A DNA stretch of 64,000 nt from a virus (IMGVR_UViG_3300001687_000010); one strand, 5' to 3'; counted from the first letter of the stretch, positions 33,726-44,430 are shown. The notes: generated by a model from the letters alone, not told the origin. A program made the numbers and translations.

Positions 33726-35567
33726 TTATATTCCGCTTGTTGGGGTCTGACCGGCCGCTACTAATTCGGTAAATGATGCTCCCGTCTTAGTTGCTATAAA
33801 GTTAAGTACGATAAATTCTGCCGCTCTTGTCGGCTTAATATAAATATCGCACCATAATTCATTACGGTCAATCCTTTCTGCCGTATTATTTGTGCTATCA
33901 CATACGACTAAGAAGTCGTAAATACCACGTCTGCTTCTAACGTCTCTTAGGAACGGCTCAATCATATTGATAAGCTGTAACCTTGTAAACGTATCATTCG
34001 GTTCAAACAAGAAGTATTTAACCGCAGTGGCAATAGCCTTTTCCAGTACGATAAATAAACGTCTTACGTTAACACGGTTAAACGCAGAACTCTTATCGAG
34101 CATTGTTTTCTGGCCCCATATTACCTTACCTTGACCTGCGAATGATACTAACGGGTTAATACCGTTTTTATAAAGAATATCACGTTTAGCCAAGTTAGGA
34201 TTAAAGGCTAATTTACGAATGTTGGTAATGATTCCACGGTTTAAACCGGCCGGTGCAAACCAAGGGTCACTTACGTCATCGGTATTAGCATAAATACCGG
34301 CAACATGACCGGCCGCCGGAATCCAACGATAACGTCCGTTCCATTTATCGTAAATCTCAAGCCAGTTACCGTATAATGCGGCATAGCTTGTGTTTTCATT
34401 TAAGCCCGTTGATACAAAACTACCCTGTTGGAATCTCCAATCTCTACAATCGGTTGTTTCATTTCCACGGTTGTTTACGACCAAAGTTGAAGGTACGTCA
34501 AGAATTGCCATCGTATCCTTTCTGTCTTCGGCTATTTGAATAAGAGTTTGTTTAACCGTAGATGATTTATCACTATCAATAAGCAAATTGATATCAATTT
34601 CTTCAGGGTCTTCGTAAAGCTCATAAGCCGCTATAATATCTGCATCGGTTACGTTGGTTGAGGCAGTGTTTTGTCCGCCACCAAAACTTACATAATCCGT
34701 CATATACAATCCGCTCATATCCGTATTTGGTTTTAAACTGCTTACACTAATAGCCATTCTAACGTACTTAGAATTTTGTGCTAAGAACCTTTCGCAGAAA
34801 ATGTTAGTACCTTCATCGTCAATCTTTCTGTCGTTAACAGATACAAGCCACGCTTCCCTAATAAAATAAGTAGGACTGGCGTTTTCTATCTGGTCTTGGT
34901 CAGCCGTTTTAACGATTACTAAAAATTCGGTATTAGATGATGAATCAAATGAAACATCAATCGCTTCAATATCGTCATATAACTCTGTAGACATACCTGA
35001 TATTGAATTTCCCTTTCGTACATTATCGTATGTATCACTACCGATAAGCGCAACCTTAATAAAATTGCCCCATTTACCACGAGTTGCCGCTATTAAAGAC
35101 ATATTGCTACCATAATCACCTGAAGATGGGTCAAAAGGTGCACTTTCGTCACCAAATTCATCAGGGTCTTCAGAAGCAAAATCGCTTAAAATATAAGCAT
35201 TATTTGTTGTAAAAGCAGTTGCTGAAGAAGCACCACCTGAAACAGCAGGCGGATTGGAACCGGATGTTGCTATATTTAAATGATAACCGGCAAATGTTGC
35301 ACTCGGTGCCATAACTGCTGTACAGTATAGCTTATTGCCATATTTTAAGTATCCTGTTGCGGATAAGATATCTTTATATGAACCGGAAGTAGGTTCGCCA
35401 AAAATATCAATTAGCTCATCAATATTTGTAATAAGTTGCTTTTTTAATTCAGGGCCTTTATATGGGTCTCTAATTGCGAGTACACCAATAGAGGTTGCTA
35501 CCGCTGGTATTGTTGTGGAAAGGTCAATTTCATTAACGTCCACAAGAGGGCTAAGATATAAAGCCAT
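33726..35567 (-). CDS. Tail sheath protein, T4 gp18-like
   Basis: SPLVDVNEIDLS, PWFAPAGLNRG, WGQKTM, RVNVRRLF, FEPND and YIKPTRAAEFI motifs. Confidence 0.95.
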   Translation of the reverse strand: MALYLSPLVDVNEIDLSTTIPAVATSIGVLAIRDPYKGPELKKQLITNIDELIDIFGEPTSGSYKDILSATGYLKYGNKLYCTAVMAPSATFAGYHLNIATSGSNPPAVSGGASSATAFTTNNAYILSDFASEDPDEFGDESAPFDPSSGDYGSNMSLIAATRGKWGNFIKVALIGSDTYDNVRKGNSISGMSTELYDDIEAIDVSFDSSSNTEFLVIVKTADQDQIENASPTYFIREAWLVSVNDRKIDDEGTNIFCERFLAQNSKYVRMAISVSSLKPNTDMSGLYMTDYVSFGGGQNTASTNVTDADIIAAYELYEDPEEIDINLLIDSDKSSTVKQTLIQIAEDRKDTMAILDVPSTLVVNNRGNETTDCRDWRFQQGSFVSTGLNENTSYAALYGNWLEIYDKWNGRYRWIPAAGHVAGIYANTDDVSDPWFAPAGLNRGIITNIRKLAFNPNLAKRDILYKNGINPLVSFAGQGKVIWGQKTMLDKSSAFNRVNVRRLFIVLEKAIATAVKYFLFEPNDTFTRLQLINMIEPFLRDVRSRRGIYDFLVVCDSTNNTAERIDRNELWCDIYIKPTRAAEFIVLNFIATKTGASFTELVAAGQTPTSGI

Positions 35568-35627
35568 GTTCTCCTCCTAAATTTCTTATAAAAATCTTCA
35601 ATTATTATTTATATATTTTATTATTTT

Positions 35628-36131
35628 TTAGGGGTTCTCCTGAAGTTTAAAATAATCATATATAAAAGTAACGCCAGATTCGAGTAAAACTTCTGACTCT
35701 TTATGGGATAATGAAACCTCTTGAATGTTTTGAGGCCACATTCCCACAAATTGAACCCCTAATATATTGTTATTAAAGTTATCAATAATACGAAGTGAAG
35801 CATCCACTGCAAAATTCTCATACAGTTCTAACATTTTATCGCTATTATTGGATATATACGCCATCCATTTATATAACAATTTCCAGTTATTAAATTGAGC
35901 GTCCACTATAAACTGCGTATTTAAAAACGGGCCCTCTGCTATTTTACGTTTTGCGCCCTGCCACATCGACTCTATCGGGTTTAAATTGACGGCCGGTAAT
36001 ATAACGCTTGTAATGTTAAGTATAAGCGGCTCATTAGCCTGTAATGTTACCTGAGTCGGTAATAGCGGAAATGTTAACTCAAAATTAGCAGGGGTTGCTT
36101 TGTTTAGACCCAATCCTTCGCATATTGCCAT
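35628..36131 (-). CDS. Tail tube terminator, T4 gp3-like
   Basis: PANFELTFP, NITSVILPAVN and VTFIYDYF; tube-family fold located upstream of the sheath gene. Confidence 0.65.
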   Translation of the reverse strand: MAICEGLGLNKATPANFELTFPLLPTQVTLQANEPLILNITSVILPAVNLNPIESMWQGAKRKIAEGPFLNTQFIVDAQFNNWKLLYKWMAYISNNSDKMLELYENFAVDASLRIIDNFNNNILGVQFVGMWPQNIQEVSLSHKESEVLLESGVTFIYDYFKLQENP

Positions 36132-36373
36132 TACATTTCTCCAAAATCATGACTAATTTCATATTCTAAATCATCAAGTAAGGATAAAATCTTTTTTATA
36201 TCCCCAAGCCATTGAGTAAAATCTTGATTACGTTTCATAGTGCTTTCAAGTGTACCCACCATCCCTTGAGTTTTCATAATGCCATCCATAACTTTTTTAT
36301 AAACTTTCATATTTCGAGCAAGTAAAGGATGTGCCGCTTCTGTTTTGGGTAAATATTTTTCATATGTATTCAT
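36131..36373 (-). CDS. Putative internal head protein
   Basis: MNTYEKYL N-terminus. Confidence 0.55.
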   Translation of the reverse strand: MNTYEKYLPKTEAAHPLLARNMKVYKKVMDGIMKTQGMVGTLESTMKRNQDFTQWLGDIKKILSLLDDLEYEISHDFGEM

Positions 36374-37209
36374 TATCCATAAAACTCCTCTTTAGTCTCC
36401 ATATATGCGGCCGATACTCCTAACGCTTGTGTTCGGCCAATTCTATTACCAAATTGAAACAACTCGTATGTATAAAAGTGGTCTTCCGGCGTAGCCCCTG
36501 CGCTTATAGCTACAAAACGTTGAGTCTCTCCAGAAGCTCCGCTTGTAAAAGTGCTTGAATTATCCCTTGCGTTAAAAGTTGTCTCGTTTGTATAATAATT
36601 AAGGTAAATTTTACCGATGGTTCCGACTGTTTCAACGGGTCTGAATAAGTAAGTCTGCACCTGAAACTCCAAAGTCCATTTTAAAACTCTGAAATTATCG
36701 TCCGTCCACTCTAATTCAGTCTCCGGTGTTGCCGATGTAAAGATAACTTTAACGTCAAAAGTAGCATCCAACTCCTCAATATATAGGCGCATAAAGACAT
36801 ATGGCTGAAAATACGGCAGTATTTGCTCTAATATCTGGTCGATATCCGTCATATATAAGCCCCAAATACCCACTTGAAAACTAATATCATAGGGTACGGG
36901 GTTTAAAAAACGGGTTAAGTCCCCACCATCAGTCTGTGAAACGCATATAGAACGGTATTTGTTGGTTGCCCGTTCCAGTGAATACTCTATACTGGACATC
37001 GTTACGCTTATAATCGGCAACATTTCATCGTCTTTTCGCTCATTTAGCCAGTACCAAATCTTCTCTTTCATGCCAAATTTTAAAGGCACTTCGATATATT
37101 TATCAAATACACCTTTCTGCGTGTACCGTGCTATCTTTATATCGTTAAACATATCAAGGAATTGTGTAATAGTCTTCCTTAATGCTTTATAATAATAATA
37201 TTGTTTCAT
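36373..37209 (-). CDS. Tail sheath stabiliser / completion protein, T4 gp15-like
   Basis: YYKALRKTITQFLDMFNDI, IEVPLKFG, PVPYDISF and EQILPYFQP motifs. Confidence 0.9.
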   Translation of the reverse strand: MKQYYYYKALRKTITQFLDMFNDIKIARYTQKGVFDKYIEVPLKFGMKEKIWYWLNERKDDEMLPIISVTMSSIEYSLERATNKYRSICVSQTDGGDLTRFLNPVPYDISFQVGIWGLYMTDIDQILEQILPYFQPYVFMRLYIEELDATFDVKVIFTSATPETELEWTDDNFRVLKWTLEFQVQTYLFRPVETVGTIGKIYLNYYTNETTFNARDNSSTFTSGASGETQRFVAISAGATPEDHFYTYELFQFGNRIGRTQALGVSAAYMETKEEFYG

Positions 37210-37598
37210 TTGCTTACATTCATAAGAACCCTAATTAAAGTTGCTATATCTCCCTGAAGTCCTTTCCATGTTTTATCAATGTAATTTAATTTCGATGTAA
37301 AATTTTTATATCTTTTTTCAACTATATTTTTTGGCGTAGATGCATCTGGATATGAATATGCATTCTCAATTGCATTCTCAATAGAGTTTAAAAGATTGCC
37401 CATGCTCTTATTAACATCCCCTAAAAATCTATGAGTATGTTCTATTTGTTCTTCCAATACACCTCTGCTTGATTTTTTACATTTAGGACAAAAGCCTCTA
37501 TTTTTTTCCCATGCTTTTTTGGTTGAAACCTCATCGCATTCTAAACAGGCAATTTTTTCAACCTTTTTTTCATTTAGATATTCTTTAAATTTGCTCAT
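37206..37598 (-). CDS. Putative internal head protein with a Zn ribbon
   Basis: MSKFKEYLNE; CLEC..CPKC. Confidence 0.6.
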   Translation of the reverse strand: MSKFKEYLNEKKVEKIACLECDEVSTKKAWEKNRGFCPKCKKSSRGVLEEQIEHTHRFLGDVNKSMGNLLNSIENAIENAYSYPDASTPKNIVEKRYKNFTSKLNYIDKTWKGLQGDIATLIRVLMNVSK

Positions 37599-38269
37599 TA
37601 GTATCCGTATATGCTGGTATCTGTATCTGTTCCATAGTCGTAGATACCGTCACTTGCCTCCTCTATTTCATCATTTTCCCCGAAAGCGGATAACGCATTA
37701 GTTAAAGTGGTTGCGTCTATTTCCAGTGTCGGTTCACGTTTATATCGTGTTATTTCTTTAGCGGATTCGCTTTGTTCGCTAAAGCGGTATGGTCTAAGTA
37801 TAAAACCCCATCCCAATTTTTTAAGTTGAAATATACTCTCTTCCTCGTGAACATCCACTACCTCATAAGCTCTATCGTTCCATATTGTAACTAAAACATC
37901 TCCGGGTTTAGGATGATAGCCTGCGCTAACGTCACGGGAAAATGTATATTTAGGTGTACTGGCGTATTGAATTATATCCTCAGAATTAGTTCCATACGCA
38001 GTTGTTAAAGTCGGCTCTTCCGATACCTCATATAAAAGTTTAGTTCTTAAAGGGGTTCGGTAAACCGTATTTTGATAACGAGGTTCCCCATAAAGATTAT
38101 CGATTTGGATTCTCCCCTCGTCCCTCATATAATAATCAGTTTCTATACCGGCCACATCCGTGAACTCGACAATATATCCTTCCCATAAATCGTGTTCACG
38201 GTTCTGGCTACCTTGAGGAAGGTCGTATAGATTCCATTTAGGCTTAGTTGCCTTAGATACTGTGGTCAT
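37598..38269 (-). CDS. Neck protein, T4 gp14-like
   Basis: EHDLWEGYIVEF...G...YY...DNLYGE; PKPGDVL..WNDRAYEV. Confidence 0.8.
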   Translation of the reverse strand: MTTVSKATKPKWNLYDLPQGSQNREHDLWEGYIVEFTDVAGIETDYYMRDEGRIQIDNLYGEPRYQNTVYRTPLRTKLLYEVSEEPTLTTAYGTNSEDIIQYASTPKYTFSRDVSAGYHPKPGDVLVTIWNDRAYEVVDVHEEESIFQLKKLGWGFILRPYRFSEQSESAKEITRYKREPTLEIDATTLTNALSAFGENDEIEEASDGIYDYGTDTDTSIYGY

Positions 38270-38270
38270 A

Positions 38271-38567
38271 TTATCTCATTTGGCTTCTAATAGCAGAAAT
38301 TGATGCTTCCATATCCCTTGCAGTCATTGTAAACTGCCGAGCTTGGTTAACTAATTCAGCATAACCATCCTCTAACCTATACCAATCATCATTTTGAACT
38401 GTTCGAGTAAGGCTTTTTTGTACAAATCGAGAAAACAAAGCGGTATCTGATTCGTATTTTTTAACAGATTGACCATATTGTTTGGCCATATCTATAACCT
38501 TTTGTATATTTTTAAGCATTCCGTCTAAAGATTTTTCTTCTGTTAAATATTTTTCAAAAGTATTCAT
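38271..38567 (-). CDS. Putative internal head protein
   Basis: MNTFEKYLTE. Confidence 0.65.
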   Translation of the reverse strand: MNTFEKYLTEEKSLDGMLKNIQKVIDMAKQYGQSVKKYESDTALFSRFVQKSLTRTVQNDDWYRLEDGYAELVNQARQFTMTARDMEASISAIRSQMR

Positions 38568-38899
38568 TTCTTATTCTCCAATATTTGCATTTGCGCCTTC
38601 ATCATTTCAACGAGAAGGTCTTTAATATCGTTTAGGCTTTTTTCCATTTTAGCAAGCCTATCGCCACTCATGCCACCTTCGTTAAGCATACCCTGTTGCT
38701 TACGGCTTACACGCCTATCAACTTCGGCCATAAAAGCCTTTTCCTGCGCCGACAAGCCGTCATCTATCCCTGAATCGGGGTCAGGTATACCCATTTCGTC
38801 ATAAGGCGTAGGTTGCTTAATCTGCCCCGTTGTCGTTTTACGCTTATTGGGGTCTCTTAACATCTTTTCATACTTATCTGCTATTTCTAATAAACCCAT
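38564..38899 (-). CDS. Hypothetical protein
   Basis: SD AGGAG; contains MLNE. Confidence 0.6.
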   Translation of the reverse strand: MGLLEIADKYEKMLRDPNKRKTTTGQIKQPTPYDEMGIPDPDSGIDDGLSAQEKAFMAEVDRRVSRKQQGMLNEGGMSGDRLAKMEKSLNDIKDLLVEMMKAQMQILENKK

Positions 38900-38909
38900 T
38901 AATTACTCC

Positions 38910-39251
38910 TTATATATAATTTAACGCATCTTTAAGTGCCGTATGCAAACCCTTTACTCCCCATTTTTGTCCCATATCAATATACAAAAAATCCCGAGGG
39001 TTTTGTAACAAAGAACCTAAAGACCAGCCAGATGGTACAACACTATATTTATTAAAACCACCTTTATCAAAAGATTGTTCAATATACAAAAGCCATTTGC
39101 CTTTTTCTTGGACAATTACTGCTCTATAAGGTTGTTTTAAATCTTGGCCATTGGAAGTACCAACGATTTGCGCTTTCTTTAAAACAATCCCGTTAGGCAA
39201 AGCCGGTGTTCCTTCAGTTAAATAATTATCTATCCTATCTAAAGTTTTCAT
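38910..39251 (-). CDS. Putative internal head protein
   Basis: Start moved to MKTLDRIDNYLTE (SD AAGGAG). Confidence 0.6.
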   Translation of the reverse strand: MKTLDRIDNYLTEGTPALPNGIVLKKAQIVGTSNGQDLKQPYRAVIVQEKGKWLLYIEQSFDKGGFNKYSVVPSGWSLGSLLQNPRDFLYIDMGQKWGVKGLHTALKDALNYI

Positions 39252-39262
39252 ACTTGCTCTCC

Positions 39263-40087
39263 TTAAAATCCTATCTCTATGCCCCAACCTTCAAAGGTTT
39301 CTTCATCCTTTAGGCGTTCTTCGAGAGCATCCTTCTCCTCCTTGCCCTCGGATATAAGGTCTCCACCATCTAAAGCGACACCCTGATTACCAATCGAGGC
39401 AAAATTCTCAAATTTTCGTCTTATTAAGCCCAATTTTATTTTACATAACGCTACAGAGTATTCCAAAATCCAATCTAAACCGTAAAAATCTTCATCCGTA
39501 TCACCCGGAGACCAAAAATCCTGAAGTCCCATAGTATTATAAGTACTGCCCTCAATCATCATTGCCCGTATTAATATAAATCCCGGGGAATCCCAAGTGC
39601 CATCTGTTAACACTAAAGCATTACCACTTGGTGGCGCAGGGTGAATTTCTAATTCATTTGTAAAACGCCGATAATGATAATTATATTTATCCGGTGTATA
39701 TTTACGAACCGTTTCTAAAAAATCCCTTGCGATATGATAAGATACCAAAGTATAGCCAGCACCGCCGGTATCATAAAGCATTTCATACATACCTTGATTA
39801 TACAAATAGTTATCTACTGTAAATAAAGTATTAATAGCACCAGTTGAACCGGCCGCTTGATAGTCTATTACTTCGGTTACTCCTATCGGCAGGTCGTAAA
39901 AGTTTTGACCGGCTGATAACATTAAAGTAAACCATTGCTCCGTTACCGCTTGCCCGATTGCCCATTTAATAAATTTCTGGCGAGCTAAATCTATGGAGTC
40001 ATATATCTGGCTATCATCTAACTCCACTTTAACCATCGGGAATCCAAGCTCCCGTTTTATGCGTTCTGCGAGTTCTTTTTTAGTCAT
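39263..40087 (-). CDS. Neck protein, T4 gp13-like
   Basis: LAERIKRELGFPMVKVELDDSQI, WILEYSVALCK, LDGGDLISEG. Confidence 0.9.
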   Translation of the reverse strand: MTKKELAERIKRELGFPMVKVELDDSQIYDSIDLARQKFIKWAIGQAVTEQWFTLMLSAGQNFYDLPIGVTEVIDYQAAGSTGAINTLFTVDNYLYNQGMYEMLYDTGGAGYTLVSYHIARDFLETVRKYTPDKYNYHYRRFTNELEIHPAPPSGNALVLTDGTWDSPGFILIRAMMIEGSTYNTMGLQDFWSPGDTDEDFYGLDWILEYSVALCKIKLGLIRRKFENFASIGNQGVALDGGDLISEGKEEKDALEERLKDEETFEGWGIEIGF

Positions 40088-40863
40088 TATCTAATTTTCC
40101 TTAAATAATGCGTAATTATTTTATACGCTTCTTTATCAGGTATCATCTTTGATAAAAATTTAGTACGTTCTTTTTTAACTAACCTTGAAATATTAGCAAT
40201 TGAAATACCCGTTTGTTGTGCTATATGTAATACCAAATCAGCATCAGTGCTTGCCTCATCGTTATGTAAAAGCGAAGCAATAAATCTTACTTTATCCCCT
40301 GTAAATTTTGCCTCACCTAATATAACTTTAGCCTGTCCGACCTGTTTATCAAGTTCTTTAAGTTTATCCATTAATTTTTTATTCTTTTTAATCTCTTTGG
40401 ATATAGGGTCGTCCCCGAGTTTAACCTTTTCATCAATTTTATAAAAACTAATTGCGCCTACTTTTTCTGCGGTAAATCCGATTCCACGTGCTTTTAGATT
40501 TTTACGCAATTGCGCCATCATTTTTTTATCCCATCCAGATAAATTAATAGCCAATTTCTTTTTATCCCAATATGTATTAGCCGCTTCAGCTCCGGTTTCT
40601 GAGTATTGGCTTAATTTGCCTTTCGGTCCACCCCAGACATCGGCTATTGCGGCCTTTACATCTTTGGTAACTTGACTTTCATTCATTTTTTTTGCTGCTT
40701 TTTGAAGTAACCGTACCGCATTCGGTCCTCTAATTGATTGTAAAGTATCCAACGCTTTTTGATATTCTTGTTTAGATTTAGCGTTTAATACTGCCATATA
40801 TAAAGGGTCATTGCCAAATTCTTTACGCATTTGTTGTTCATTTAAGTATTTTTTAAATCTCAT
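40087..40863 (-). CDS. Putative internal head protein (several x-x-E sites)
   Basis: MRFKKYLNE; internal MNE, IDE and LGE sites suggest a processed polyprotein. Confidence 0.6.
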   Translation of the reverse strand: MRFKKYLNEQQMRKEFGNDPLYMAVLNAKSKQEYQKALDTLQSIRGPNAVRLLQKAAKKMNESQVTKDVKAAIADVWGGPKGKLSQYSETGAEAANTYWDKKKLAINLSGWDKKMMAQLRKNLKARGIGFTAEKVGAISFYKIDEKVKLGDDPISKEIKKNKKLMDKLKELDKQVGQAKVILGEAKFTGDKVRFIASLLHNDEASTDADLVLHIAQQTGISIANISRLVKKERTKFLSKMIPDKEAYKIITHYLRKIR

Positions 40864-41153
40864 TTCTTTCCCCATTCGGCAATATAACTTTTATCCATGC
40901 CTTGATTTAATCTAATTCCTGCCCATACAAGCTCATGTTCCGGTCCTAAATGGTCGTTTACTCCTCCGGGTTTAATTGAGTCATTATACATTTTAACCCA
41001 CTTGGCTAAGTTTTGCTCTGTGGGCTTTCCTGCTTGTTTACTTTCCCAAGCAGATGGAGTGCTTGACCATTTCGGGCTTTTTAATTTAACATCGACAACG
41101 TATTTAGGGGTCGTTGACCTACCCTCGTTTAGATATTTTTCAAAAGTCTTCAT
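40860..41153 (-). CDS. Putative internal head protein
   Basis: MKTFEKYLNE. Confidence 0.65.
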   Translation of the reverse strand: MKTFEKYLNEGRSTTPKYVVDVKLKSPKWSSTPSAWESKQAGKPTEQNLAKWVKMYNDSIKPGGVNDHLGPEHELVWAGIRLNQGMDKSYIAEWGKK

Positions 41154-41191
41154 ATATTGCTCCAATTTATAGTTATCATATCTATTTATTT

Positions 41192-42745
41192 TTAATCGGT
41201 AAAACTGTTTGACTGCTCAAGCCACGACCAATCTTCTATAAAATCTTCAATATCCGCCAGAATTCCCCAAACATCCTCTTCCCGGCGGTCTATAAACTTA
41301 TAATTTTCATCTAAAATATTCATTTCAAAGAGGTAACATCCCCACATAAGTGCCATAACAAGGTCATCATGGGTATCTTTACCGAAAAACTTGCCATCCT
41401 CTTCGATAAATGAGCCGAGTTCCATAAGGGTTCGCTCATCATATATGCGTAAACTGCCGTCCTCTATAATCTTTTTCATAAGCAGGGCGGCTTTTGTTTT
41501 AGTTCCCTTCTCTCCGCCTGTCGACCTGATGCCAATATTCTTTATTTTAGAACCAGAGTTAATAAGGTTTTCGTACTCATATTCCCACCATAAGCGGTTT
41601 ACAACCGGAGCACCCTCGCCATTATTCTCTACCATAATGAATGCGCTATTATAATATATGGCTAAACGATATATAACATCCGAAAAATCATATACATCCG
41701 TCATATTATCCTGAAATACGGCAATTTGCGTCATTTTAATCGGCACTACACTTTCGATTTTAAGCACATGAATACAAGAATGGTTTTCACCAGTACCTTT
41801 TGCCGGGTCAACGCCTAAAACATATACCGCATTATCTATTGGTTTCTCCCATACTCTAAGTCGATTCTGCAAGTCAAGCATAACAGGTGCTTTATCTTGG
41901 GTTAAAATTACCGATAAAACCTCCGGTTTAATAAGAGTATTGGTCGAACCGATAAACTCAACCGCAAATTCTTGGGCAAACTTCTGCGGTCCTAAGTTCA
42001 TTAATTGTTCTTCCGCCCATTCTTCATCACGGCCGGGAACCTCTTCCCACGAAACTCTCGTATGAGCAAACGTATTACGCTTACTTTCAGCGTCCACATA
42101 TAGCTTATGGAATATGTTAAATAGACCATTCGGGGTCGAGATAATAATAATCTTGGATTTTCGGGAGGCCGAAATGGTAGGATAGTTGGCAGCCCAGAAC
42201 TCTTCCGCTTGATTTTCCGGTACAAAGGCAAACTCATCGCATACCAGTAGGTTCATTGCTTCACCACGGAATGCGTCCGCAGAGGTTGCGCTAATAACGA
42301 TACGGGTTCCGTTATCAAAAACGATAGCGGTCTCCTGATATTTAACAACTCCGGGTTTTAACCAATTCGGGAGCTGTTCATACATACGTTTAATTCGGCT
42401 TAGTATCATTTTAGCCGATGATTCTTTATTTGATACTATACCAACGGTCTTATCCTTATGAAACATAGCAAACCACAACACGTATGCCCCGACAATGGTC
42501 GTTTTACCACTTTGACGGCTACATAGGGCTATATTAAATCTATGTTTCTGAAATTTTTTAAGGAGTGTCCACTGATAACCATACGGCTCAAACTGGACTT
42601 CACCCATATCTGGATTAACGATTTTTACATACTTAATAAAATACGTTACATCCTTTGAGCACTTCTGGAGTTCGGAAATTTGCTCTACATCATATTCTAA
42701 CTCATCGTGCGGTCTCTTTACCGCACCGTCATACTTAATTGGCAT
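41192..42745 (-). CDS. terL: Terminase large subunit, T4 gp17-like
   Basis: SRQSGKTT Walker A, LLVCDEFAF Walker B, IISTPNG, LGVDPAKG and HDDLVMAL nuclease motifs. Confidence 0.97.
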   Translation of the reverse strand: MPIKYDGAVKRPHDELEYDVEQISELQKCSKDVTYFIKYVKIVNPDMGEVQFEPYGYQWTLLKKFQKHRFNIALCSRQSGKTTIVGAYVLWFAMFHKDKTVGIVSNKESSAKMILSRIKRMYEQLPNWLKPGVVKYQETAIVFDNGTRIVISATSADAFRGEAMNLLVCDEFAFVPENQAEEFWAANYPTISASRKSKIIIISTPNGLFNIFHKLYVDAESKRNTFAHTRVSWEEVPGRDEEWAEEQLMNLGPQKFAQEFAVEFIGSTNTLIKPEVLSVILTQDKAPVMLDLQNRLRVWEKPIDNAVYVLGVDPAKGTGENHSCIHVLKIESVVPIKMTQIAVFQDNMTDVYDFSDVIYRLAIYYNSAFIMVENNGEGAPVVNRLWWEYEYENLINSGSKIKNIGIRSTGGEKGTKTKAALLMKKIIEDGSLRIYDERTLMELGSFIEEDGKFFGKDTHDDLVMALMWGCYLFEMNILDENYKFIDRREEDVWGILADIEDFIEDWSWLEQSNSFTD

Positions 42746-42789
42746 GAAAAAAATACCTCCGATATTTACAACTATCAGAGGTATTTATA
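42746..42789 (-). promoter_or_regulatory. Terminator / SD-sequestering hairpin overlapping a late promoter
   Basis: Minus strand: AAATACCTCTGATA-GTTGTAAA-TATCGGAGGTATTT-TTTT-C-ATG; TATAAATA at 42789-42782. Confidence 0.8.
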
Positions 42790-42810
42790 AATTAGATAAA
42801 GGTTTTTGGT

Positions 42811-44430
42811 TTATGGTGTAAAAATATTTGGATAAACTGCTTTAGCTATCAAAGGCGTTAAAGGATTGCCCGTATCAGCCGGAGCATCGGGAAGGTCTGC
42901 AGCCTCTTCAACTTCGTGTTTATTTTCTTTACGCTTAATTAATACAGGCTTTTTCTGAAATACAGTTTCAAGGATAATCTCCTTACCCCATAAATCGTAA
43001 ATATGGTTTAACGTCTTTTTGGTATATTCCAGTTGAAGCTCCGCACCGGCATATTGATGTTTAAGGTATAATTTGCCTGCGCCTTCATAATCCACGTTTA
43101 CTATTTCAACTTGAGGTATATGGCTATGGGCAAAACTGGCTACAATTAAATCCCGAATCTGCTTGTTATCGTGATTAGTTACGATAAGGTCATATGACAT
43201 CGGATTCTCCTTACCCACAAAAATATAAAGGTCAAGGTCATCAACCAATTCAACGGTTAAAAAGTTCTGCATAAAAAACCAATCTTGGTATGATTTAAGC
43301 ACTTTAAACATTTGATTGTGGCCGTCCATTGCTTTGGTATCCCAATTTTCTTTAACTTTTCGGTCTTGGCAATCTTCCCAATCCCGTCCATGTCGGCCTT
43401 TATCCCATCGGGTAACTATATCTTCCCATATTTTGCTTCCGATGAGATAAGGATTCATAGCGGTTCGGTGCTTGGCCTTAACGAGCGCATTGGCAAAATT
43501 ATATTCCGCATGAGCTGTTCTATCCAGAGTACCTTCGGTAAACAGGTCACGCATTAATTTTTCATGCCAATATGTTGCGAAACCTTCGTTCATATATTTG
43601 GTTTTAAGCTGTGGCCAAAAATACTGCCCTTCAGTCCGCAAAATCTCCAGTACATCTTTTTGCCAGTCTTCCAGTTTACGGGAATAATCTATAACATATC
43701 GGAGCAAATCACCGGCCGGTTCAATGGGCGTTTGGTTTTTAATCCTGCGCCATAGTTTTTGGTTATAAAGTTGAATATCCTGTTTAACTTTTTCTTCATC
43801 ATCATGGGAAGTGGTTAAATCAGCATAATCGCTTTTATTGATTTTGTGGTCTTTGCGCTTCTGCATTTCAAATACCCGTGCCTTTTTCTCATCTTCGGTT
43901 TGGGTATCAAATGGTGAAGAATGAAATTGCAAAGAATGTCCGGCATCTATGGTCATTTCCAGTTCATCAATCCCATAGGCTTTTTCATATTCGTTTAGCC
44001 GTTTACGAGCATTATCCATAATCTGGATAATATCCTTCCGGGTATTCTGGAAGTATTTATTCATAGTAAAAAACGCCACGTGACCTATCACGTGCGCCAT
44101 AACGAGGCATTGAACCCCGAAGGTATTGCTTTTCATAAGGTACGCACGTGAGGGGTCTGAATTAATTACAACCTCATACGGCAACCCATCGTACATATTT
44201 TCATTTATGGTACGAATTCGCTCATAATCCCGTCCGTATTTCCAGTTAGAAATGTTACCGGGAATGCGGTACGCCATAATCTCAAACATTTTCTGGTCTG
44301 GAATAACGTCCCATTCAATCTGGCAATAATTTAAACCGTAACCTTCGGCTAACTGGTTAAGGCGGTCTTCAATTTTAATCAGCCGTTGTAAATCATTGTT
44401 AGGAACTGGTTTATCCGGTTTATTATCCAT
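42811..44430 (-). CDS. spoVR: SpoVR / YcgB family protein
   Basis: YEVVINSDP, LVMAHVIGHVAFF, TKYMNEGFATYWH, NPYLIG motifs. Confidence 0.92.
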   Translation of the reverse strand: MDNKPDKPVPNNDLQRLIKIEDRLNQLAEGYGLNYCQIEWDVIPDQKMFEIMAYRIPGNISNWKYGRDYERIRTINENMYDGLPYEVVINSDPSRAYLMKSNTFGVQCLVMAHVIGHVAFFTMNKYFQNTRKDIIQIMDNARKRLNEYEKAYGIDELEMTIDAGHSLQFHSSPFDTQTEDEKKARVFEMQKRKDHKINKSDYADLTTSHDDEEKVKQDIQLYNQKLWRRIKNQTPIEPAGDLLRYVIDYSRKLEDWQKDVLEILRTEGQYFWPQLKTKYMNEGFATYWHEKLMRDLFTEGTLDRTAHAEYNFANALVKAKHRTAMNPYLIGSKIWEDIVTRWDKGRHGRDWEDCQDRKVKENWDTKAMDGHNQMFKVLKSYQDWFFMQNFLTVELVDDLDLYIFVGKENPMSYDLIVTNHDNKQIRDLIVASFAHSHIPQVEIVNVDYEGAGKLYLKHQYAGAELQLEYTKKTLNHIYDLWGKEIILETVFQKKPVLIKRKENKHEVEEAADLPDAPADTGNPLTPLIAKAVYPNIFTP

